Shown here piece by piece: positions 59,147 to 64,000 of a DNA stretch of 64,000 nucleotides. Origin of the DNA: Thermoanaerobaculia bacterium (GTDB taxonomy: Bacteria > Acidobacteriota > Thermoanaerobaculia > Multivoradales > Multivoraceae); contig OY761158.1 of assembly GCA_963664405.1 (NCBI GenBank), forward strand, positions 3,328,001 to 3,392,000, written 5' to 3'. The translations under genes were made by a program, and so were the position numbers. Position 1 is the first letter of the stretch. Every line of letters begins with the position of its first letter. Below the pieces are notes generated by a model, which was not told the origin of the DNA, did no database searches, and saw nothing but the letters and a program-made list of their open reading frames with translations.

Positions 59147-60634
59147 GTGCGAAGGTTGCCTCGAATCAACCAAAAAGAGCGGAGGTCGGTAGCAGCCGCG
59201 ACGGGCTTCGCCCTCGGCCTTGCGCTCACCGCCCTCCTCACCTCCTGCTCCGGCACCAGCTCGGCACCCGATCTGACTCCTACCGGCGTGGAGGAGTGCC
59301 TCCTCTCCGTAGGACCCTTCGCCAGGGACACCGCCGTCGAGATCGCCGTCGACGAGGCCATCGACCTAGCGCACGCACCGACACCTCATAACGACGACGA
59401 GCGCCTCGTCTTTCGGCAACTCTACGAGACCGCGGTCACCCTCGACTGCAACCACCGGCTGCAGCCGGGCCTCGCCGAGAAGTGGAGCAGCACGGATGGA
59501 GGACGTATCTGGACCCTGAGATTGAGACCGAGAGCCCGATTCTGGAGCGGCTCTCTTGTCACCGCCGCCGAAGTTAGAGCGAGCTGGATCACTCACTCTG
59601 CCGGCGACAGAAGAGAGCTACCCTGGGAGTCGCTGCGAGTCGTGGGAGAGCGGGAATTGGTGATGGTCTTCTCTCAACCACGCTCCGATCTCTCATTTCT
59701 TGCTGCCCCTGACTTCGCCGTTTCGCGCAAAGCCGCCTCTGAAGCCTGGCCGGAAGGCACGGGGCCATTCCGCGTCCGAAGCGATCTGAACGGGACGCGA
59801 CCCCAGGAGGGCCTGACCCTGATACCTACCGCCGACGGGATCGCGGGCCGCGAGATCCGACTACGGCAGGCCGGTGCAAGCGACCCGCGGGATCTGCTCG
59901 ACGAAGGGATCGATCTCCTCTTCACCCGCGACTCTTCGGTACTCGAGTACGCCGCGACTCTACCGGGCTTCGAGTCTCGACCCTTGCCCTGGGACCGTTC
60001 ACTCTTGCTTCTGTTGTCCCCTCCGAGAGCGCCTAGGGAGCGTGGCTCCTCGCTGCCACGCGACCTCCTCGACGACCTGGCCGGCGACGCCCTGTCGGGT
60101 GAGGCCAGGGTCGCCAGAAGATCCGGTTGGCTCGACGGGCTCGACGATTGTGATCTCGCCGCCTCTCCCGGAGCTGTGTTGCCTCGCGTATCCCCGAGGG
60201 AGGTGGATCGAATTGTTCACTTCGAGGACGACCCAGATGCCGCCGCCCTCGCGGCCCGCCTCGTCGCTCTCGGTGACCGGGTCGATACCCGCGGTTCCAA
60301 GGCGCAGCTAGAGCGCCTCTTCCTAGGTCCAGTCCCGGCCGTCGCGGCAGGTCTGTCGGCGCAAGAGCTGCAGGCGACCCTCGAGGCGGGCGGCGAAACG
60401 GCCTATCTTCTACACCTGCCAATCCCTGTGAGCGACCGCTGCCTCGCTGCTCGGACTCTCTTCGACCGGGCTCCGTGGCTCTCGCTCGACCTCGCCCGAG
60501 AGCTAGTCGTCCCACTCGTCGAGACCCGCAGGCGGGCGATCGTGCGACGACAAATTGGCGGCGTGAGAGTCGGCTCGCAAGGTACGCCCCTGTTCTACCC
60601 GCCCCGATGGCGAGAAGCGGAGAGCTGGCAGTGA
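59147..60634 (+). CDS. Family-5 solute-binding-like lipoprotein (degenerate)
   Basis: LLTSC lipobox; QLYETAV, LQPGLAEKW, WTLRLRP.ARF, GTGPF; no permease nearby. Confidence 0.7.
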   Translation: MRRLPRINQKERRSVAAATGFALGLALTALLTSCSGTSSAPDLTPTGVEECLLSVGPFARDTAVEIAVDEAIDLAHAPTPHNDDERLVFRQLYETAVTLDCNHRLQPGLAEKWSSTDGGRIWTLRLRPRARFWSGSLVTAAEVRASWITHSAGDRRELPWESLRVVGERELVMVFSQPRSDLSFLAAPDFAVSRKAASEAWPEGTGPFRVRSDLNGTRPQEGLTLIPTADGIAGREIRLRQAGASDPRDLLDEGIDLLFTRDSSVLEYAATLPGFESRPLPWDRSLLLLLSPPRAPRERGSSLPRDLLDDLAGDALSGEARVARRSGWLDGLDDCDLAASPGAVLPRVSPREVDRIVHFEDDPDAAALAARLVALGDRVDTRGSKAQLERLFLGPVPAVAAGLSAQELQATLEAGGETAYLLHLPIPVSDRCLAARTLFDRAPWLSLDLARELVVPLVETRRRAIVRRQIGGVRVGSQGTPLFYPPRWREAESWQ

Positions 60635-62372
60635 GTTTTCGCACCCGTCTGCTTCTTACCTTCGTCGGGCTGGTCTCGCTGCCGATCGCTTTCCTTGCCA
60701 TCGGAGTGCGCACCGAGATGACTCGGCGGGTGAGTAGGGAGTACGAGGAGCGCGTCCGCTCGCTGGCGACGCTCATCGCCGCGGACCTCGAGCGACAAGG
60801 AGATGCGATCGCCACTCGCCTGGCCACCCTCGAAAGTGCCCTGCGCAACGACAACCGATTTCGACTCGCCGCCATCGCCGGCGACAACACCGAGCGGCCC
60901 TACCTCTTGGACTGGGCCAAGCCTGCGATGGAGCTAGCCGGCCTGTCCTTGCTCAAGCTTCACGACCAAGAAGGTCGGGTCTTGAGCTCTGGCAGTTTTC
61001 GTAATGACTATGGTCGACTCGAGCCCGCTTTCCCTGCATCACTCGCAGAACTTGGAGACCAGCCTGCCCTTATCCAAGCACGAGCGCCCGAGGGGTCGTA
61101 TCTTGCTCTCGTCCGTAGCGAGACCTTCGCGATTGGAGAAAGGGAGTTTTCCCTGGCAGGCGGCGTCACGGTCGACCGGCGATTCCTTGTCCGGCTCGCA
61201 GGCGGTGGCGGACTCCAGGTGTCCCTGCTGTTTCCCGGTGGCGGTTTCTCCTCCGATGCCGCGATTGACCAGCGTCTCTCCGCCCAGGCTACTCCCTTCG
61301 CAGATCGCATCGTCGACGAGCTCGAGCTCCCTATCGTCCAAACCGTCTCCGACGGAGGAAGCGAGACTTCGGTCGCAAGAATCGTAGTAACCCAGACCCT
61401 CGACTCGCTGGTGCCCTCGAGCACAGCGTCGCGACTTGGTTCTTCAGAGCGGTCGCACTGATCGGAGCTCTCACTCTACTGGTGGCCGCCCTTCTAACCT
61501 CCCTTATCAGCCGCCCCCTGTCGACCCTCGCTCGCAAGACCGCGGATCTCGACCTGGATCATCTCGACCTGGACTTCTCCAGCACCAGAAAGGACGAGCT
61601 CGGCGCGCTGTCTCGTATGCTGGCCTCAATGACGACAAGATTGGGAGCGAGCGCGACCCAGCTCCGCGCCGCCGAGCGCCGCGCCGCCGTCGGTGATCTA
61701 GCCAGGCAGGTCAACCATGACATCAAGAACGCACTCACTCCACTACGCAATGTCGTGCGTCATATGACCGAAGTCGCCAGTCGCGATCCCGACCAGCTCG
61801 CCGGCGTCCTGGCCGACCGTCAAGCGACCCTCGACTCGAGCATGGACTACTTGCAGACCCTGGCCGGCCGCTATGCCCGCCTTTCACCGACCGCACAAAA
61901 AGTGCGCTGCGATGTCAACGTTCTCATCGAGCAGATCGTGCGAGATACGGCGTGCCAAGACGGAGTCGACTTGCGAACCAAGCTCGAGCCAGTGCCGCGG
62001 GTTTTGGCCGATCCACTCTCGCTGCGCCGCATCCTCGAGAACCTGATCGCCAACGCCGTCGAGAGTCTCGACCAGGAACCTCGCCGAATTACCGTCGCCT
62101 CTTCGTCGGTCGATCACCAGATCGACGGCGAGCAGATCCGCATCGCGGTCACGGATACCGGGCGTGGTATGTCAGCAGAGGAGCGGAGGCGAATCTTCGA
62201 CGATTTCTTCACCACCAAAGATCAAGGTACAGGCCTGGGATTGTCTATTGTGCGACGCCTCGTCCTCGACCTCGGCGGGACCCTGCGGGTCGAGAGCCAA
62301 CCCGGTCGAGGATCGTGCTTCGTAGTCGAGGTGCCGGGGATCCGTCCAGATGGCCGAGGTGAGACCAGATGA
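60631..62372 (+). CDS. HAMP sensor histidine kinase, frameshift near 61410
   Basis: TM-periplasmic domain-TM, DELGAL HAMP, NHDIKNALT, NLIANA, DTGRG, GTGLGL. Confidence 0.85.
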
Positions 62373-63754
62373 AGACTGTACTCGTGGTCGACGATATGCG
62401 GGCCTTGGCCGAGCAATACAGCTACGACCTCAAGAGAGTCGGCGGCTTCGAGACCCTGATCGCCGGCGGTGGCCAAGAAGCCATAGAGCTCGCCTCCCGA
62501 GAAGCCGTCGACTGCATCGTTCTCGACCTCGAAATGCCAGGTGTCGACGGCTTCGACGTTCTGCGACATCTACGCGACGAGAAGATCGAGACGCCGGTTA
62601 TCGTATACACGGGCACCGCCAGCTACGACCGCTGTGCGCAAGCCGTGCGTCTCGGCGCCTACAGCTTCATCGACAAAGCCGAGCCGATGGAGCGCGTAGT
62701 CCAAGAGATCCGCAACGCGCTAGAGAGCGGTCGGCTGGTTTCCGCAGTGCGCTCTCTGGAGATCAGATTGGATGCGGAGTCTTCACTGGTCGGCACCAGT
62801 GCGGCGATGCTGGAGCTCAGGCAGGCAATGGCCAGGGTCGCGCCGATCCCCAGCCAGGTTCTGATCGTCGGCGAGAGCGGATCCGGCAAAGAGTTGGTGG
62901 CTCGAGATCTCCATCGCATCAGCGCCCCCCCGCGAGCGCCGTTCGTCGCTCTCAACTGCGCAGCCCTTCAGGAGAATCTGATCGACAGTGAGCTCTTCGG
63001 CCATGAACACGGCGCCTTCACCGGCGCCAACCGCCTGCGCAAGGGCGCGTTTGAGCTGGCCGGGCACGGCACTCTCTTTCTCGATGAAATTGGCGAGCTA
63101 CCGCTGCCATCTCAAGCCAAGCTATTGCGGGTCATCGAAGAACGACGGCTACTCCGTGTCGGCGGGAGCCGTGAAGTCTCTGTGGAAACTCGGGTCCTGG
63201 CTGCGACCAACCGCGATCTCGAAGCCGAGATCGAAGCAGGCCGCTTTCGCCAAGACCTCTATTACCGTCTCGCGGTCCACGTTCTCGAGCTACCGCCGCT
63301 GCGCGAACGCCTCAGTGACATTCCCCAGCTGGTCGAGCATCTGCTGGCCGCGATCTGCGACCGCTTCGGCATCCGTCAACGAACCGTCGACGCCCGAGCT
63401 ATCGAGGCACTACAGGCCTACGACTGGGCAAAGAACAACGTGCGCGAGCTTCGGAACATCCTCGAGCGGATGGTCATCGCCACTGATGACAGCGTGCTCG
63501 GGCTATCGAGCGTACCCCCGGAGATCCTCCACCCCTCACCAGGACGCTCAGCGCGGAGCTCCGAGGACGGCGAGCAGACGTTCAGGTCGCTCAAGGCCGA
63601 AGCGGAGAGACGCATTCTCCTCAGAGCCCTCCGGCAGCACAATTGGCACATCACTAAAACGGCTCACGCACTCGGACTCGCTGACCACTCGAGCCTGCTC
63701 AAGATCATGAAGCGCCACGGCCTGCGTTCGAGTGGACACACTCCGACGCCCTAG
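62369..63754 (+). CDS. Sigma54-dependent response regulator (NtrC family)
   Basis: Receiver LVVDD/LDLEMP; [29 protein letters not shown]; C-terminal HTH. Confidence 0.95.
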   Translation: MKTVLVVDDMRALAEQYSYDLKRVGGFETLIAGGGQEAIELASREAVDCIVLDLEMPGVDGFDVLRHLRDEKIETPVIVYTGTASYDRCAQAVRLGAYSFIDKAEPMERVVQEIRNALESGRLVSAVRSLEIRLDAESSLVGTSAAMLELRQAMARVAPIPSQVLIVGESGSGKELVARDLHRISAPPRAPFVALNCAALQENLIDSELFGHEHGAFTGANRLRKGAFELAGHGTLFLDEIGELPLPSQAKLLRVIEERRLLRVGGSREVSVETRVLAATNRDLEAEIEAGRFRQDLYYRLAVHVLELPPLRERLSDIPQLVEHLLAAICDRFGIRQRTVDARAIEALQAYDWAKNNVRELRNILERMVIATDDSVLGLSSVPPEILHPSPGRSARSSEDGEQTFRSLKAEAERRILLRALRQHNWHITKTAHALGLADHSSLLKIMKRHGLRSSGHTPTP

Positions 63755-63772
63755 TCGTGTGCGCTCGCACAC
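63724..63772. promoter_or_regulatory. Paired candidate enhancer (bEBP) sites
   Basis: GCGTTCGAGTGGACAC (63724-63739) and GTGTGCGCTCGCACAC (63757-63772). Confidence 0.5.
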
Positions 63773-63873
63773 GAACTGACGGAAATGAGGGGCCAGCTAC
63801 GGGGCCGGCCTCAGCGCCATAACTCCCTGAGAAAAAACGCGGTTGCGGTCGTAGGCTCGAGCGATCCCTGCAC

Positions 63874-63890
63874 TCGGCAGGCCTCTTGCG
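63874..63890 (+). promoter_or_regulatory. Sigma54 -24/-12 promoter
   Basis: TCGGCAGGCCTCTTGCG: GG-N10-GC with TTGC. Confidence 0.65.
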
Positions 63891-63954
63891 ATGGAGAGGT
63901 CATACGCGTGTCCGCCTGTCGCGGTGCACCGAGTCCAACGGAGGATCGAAGAAA

Positions 63955-64000
63955 ATGAAGCTGGAAAACAAACACTCTCATCATCGCGTCGGCTTCCTCG
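63955..64000 (+). CDS. Start of a probable exported protein, truncated by window edge
   Basis: GGAGGA RBS, MKLENKTLLIIASAS signal-like start. Confidence 0.55.
   Translation, partial: MKLENKHSHHRVGFL

Noticed and set aside
58270-61420. Programmed frameshifts in the VIT-VWA gene (~58290) and kinase (~61410)
   Set aside because: No slippery heptamer; single missing bases at short G/C runs look like sequencing error or recent mutation; needs read inspection
1-64000. CRISPR array or cas genes
   Set aside because: No regularly spaced identical repeats with unique spacers; repeats seen are dispersed REP/MITE-like units

Overview
High-GC bacterial chromosome segment, most likely Acidobacteriota (inferred from the tmRNA tag ANNDLALAA, futalosine menaquinone genes and bacillithiol genes). 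1-21 kb is accessory-rich: a large serine recombinase abutting a truncated IS481, an octaheme cytochrome, an Fe3+-type ABC transporter, a vapBC pair, an acyl-CoA cluster with an unusual enoyl-CoA carboxylase/reductase-crotonase fusion, and an internally deleted IS beside tRNA-Arg. 21-46 kb is mostly core (thiG, mqnE/ubiA/ubiX, tsaD, pgk-tpiA-secG-tRNA-Leu, bshCBA, dusB, tmRNA), peppered with an ISAzo13 element, a MITE and mosaic REP-like repeats. The most striking signal is an IS1111-type IS110 element (37442-38920) whose downstream non-coding region carries readable guide segments matching both its chromosomal repeat target and its own circle junction, i.e. a decodable bridge/seekRNA. After tmRNA lie gene remnants (hsdM, vapC, a 50-aa trpS N/C fusion), then a sigma54-driven VIT-VWA / beta-propeller / ECF sigma / anti-sigma-VWA operon divergent from an SBP-kinase-NtrC module, with shared candidate enhancer sites. 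All calls are by eye from motifs; no database searches were run.
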